Positions 63,049 through 64,000 of a DNA stretch of 64,000 bases are shown piece by piece. The stretch lies in contig OY969418.1 in NCBI GenBank assembly GCA_963699175.1, positions 2,205,352 to 2,269,351 of the forward strand, given 5' to 3'. A model generated the notes under the pieces. It was not told where the DNA came from. It did not search any database and was given only the letters and a program-made list of their open reading frames with translations. Within the stretch, counting starts at the first letter, position 1, and every line of letters begins with the position of its first letter. Position numbers and translations under genes: made by a program. The stretch is from an uncultured Acidobacteriota bacterium. Its GTDB lineage: Bacteria; Acidobacteriota; Blastocatellia; RBC074.

Positions 63049-63946
63049 CTTGATTGCTAGTTGGCGTTCATAAATTGCCTGTCTGAAAATGAAAGTGACT
63101 AAACCCACTTTCAGGAGGAGCTTATGAACGCCACGTGGATTATAACGGTCTTTGTCATCATTGATGAATTGTTGCAAAAAGGCGGTCATCGTGACCACCC
63201 CTTGGCCCACGTCAGCGACGCCGAAGTGCTCACCGTCGCCATCGTGGCCGCTAAATATTTCCACAACAATCACGAACGCGCGTTGTTGCTTTTGCAAGAG
63301 ACCCCTTACTTGTCAGGTCACTTGAGTGTCTCGCGCTTCAACCGTCGCCTGCACCAGCAGGCTGACTGGTTTGAACTGGCGCTTGCCGTACTCGGTGAAG
63401 TTGCCGCGCGGGGCGCCGTCTTTATCATTGACAGTCTGCCCGTACCGGTTTGCAAGCGTGTGCGTGCCCGACGTTGTCGCAAAGTGCGGGGGCTGGATTA
63501 CTGCGGCAAATGCGCGGCGAAGAAAGAGAAGTTCTTCGGTTGGCGCTTGCATCTGATCTGCACGCCGGAGGGCGTGCCGGTGAGTTTCGCACTCTGGCCC
63601 GCGCGTTATCACGACCTCTCGCCCTTGCACGAATTAGCTTTCGTCCTGCCGCCGCAAGCGAGTCTTTATGGTGACAAGGGCTATATCGCAGGGGCTGACG
63701 CCGCTACCATCCTCGCAGAAACTGACGTACGCTTGATTACTGTGCGGCGTAAGAATATGAAACCCAACACCTGGGGTGATGACATGGACTTGCGGCGCTA
63801 CCGCAAAACGATTGAAACACGTAACAGCCAGTTGGAGAAGATGGGCCTTGAGCATTTGCACGCACGCACCAATGCAGGCTTCGAAATTAAGGTTCATGCT
63901 TCCTTACTGGCGCTGTTTTGGACTAACTTCAACTAGCAATCAAAGT
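63049..63946 (+). mobile_element. IS982-family insertion sequence (~0.9 kb) with 8-bp target-site duplication
   Basis: Terminal inverted repeats cttgattgctagttg / caactagcaatcaaag. Direct repeat ATGTCTAT at 63041-63048 and 63947-63954. Confidence 0.75.
63124..63936 (+). CDS. IS982 family DDE transposase
   Basis: IIDSLPVPVCKRVRARRCRKV..GLDYCGKCAAKKEKFFGWRLHLICTPEGVPVSFALWPARYHD...GDKGY matches the IS982 transposase pattern. From memory. Confidence 0.75.
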   Translation: MNATWIITVFVIIDELLQKGGHRDHPLAHVSDAEVLTVAIVAAKYFHNNHERALLLLQETPYLSGHLSVSRFNRRLHQQADWFELALAVLGEVAARGAVFIIDSLPVPVCKRVRARRCRKVRGLDYCGKCAAKKEKFFGWRLHLICTPEGVPVSFALWPARYHDLSPLHELAFVLPPQASLYGDKGYIAGADAATILAETDVRLITVRRKNMKPNTWGDDMDLRRYRKTIETRNSQLEKMGLEHLHARTNAGFEIKVHASLLALFWTNFN

Positions 63947-64000
63947 ATGTCTATGAGCATGAGCATACAGTTTTAGGCTTCATCCATTTTGGCCCGTGTA

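Larger units (their letters stand above)
57026..64000. mobile_element. integrative element (genomic island) inserted at a tRNA gene, extending beyond the window end
   Basis: Partial tRNA repeat with the integrase on its 5' side. Cargo: TA module, two IS elements, zinc-ribbon/WD40, GNAT. Confidence 0.45.

Overview
This is a 64-kb, high-GC window. From gene content (carboxypeptidase-regulatory-domain TonB receptors, Solibacter-type secreted repeat proteins, many WD40 proteins) I infer Acidobacteriota-like chromosomal DNA. It is mostly housekeeping and envelope genes, interrupted by several accessory features.

Ordinary content:
- A glycan/sulfated-sugar utilisation cluster: TonB receptor, sulfatase, DgoK, KDPGal aldolase, GH78 rhamnosidase.
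- A heat-shock cluster on the minus strand: ClpA/ClpC-like ATPase, GroEL (no GroES), GrpE, ClpB, Hsp20.
- M16 peptidase and aminotransferase, ArsC-type reductase, TPR protein, SDR epimerase, MBL hydrolase with TrmO-like protein.
- A second TonB receptor behind an N-acyltransferase and a winged-helix regulator.
- A 1004-aa multidomain surface protein.

Accessory and unusual content:
1. A 1463-aa TIR / PD-(D/E)xK nuclease / NACHT NTPase / pentapeptide / WD40 NLR-like protein. Its ~14 WD40 blades are near-identical 126-bp tandem nucleotide repeats. It is my lead candidate for a defence or programmed-death gene.
2. A PHM/DBH-like copper monooxygenase fused to an N-terminal c-type haem domain.
3. 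A tRNA-3'-fragment attachment site with a tyrosine integrase. This opens a decaying integrative element carrying:
   - a UPF0175 antitoxin whose toxin partner is disrupted by a complete IS21 (istAB);
   - a zinc-ribbon/WD40 gene;
   - a GNAT gene split by an IS982 with an 8-bp target duplication.
4. A low-GC two-gene insert flanked by diverged duplicates of a sulfate permease 5' end.
5. Many long intergenic palindromes:
   - a 3-copy family (GTGCGGTAC..AGCGGTAGCGACCTGG);
   - a second related pair of two copies;
   - a 143-bp nested palindrome in a 1.2-kb non-coding region;
   - a ~440-bp nested inverted-repeat complex;
   - an AT-rich 38-bp-stem hairpin abutting a start codon.

No rRNA, intact tRNA or CRISPR array was seen. 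All domain calls rest on motif recognition by eye. No database search was run.
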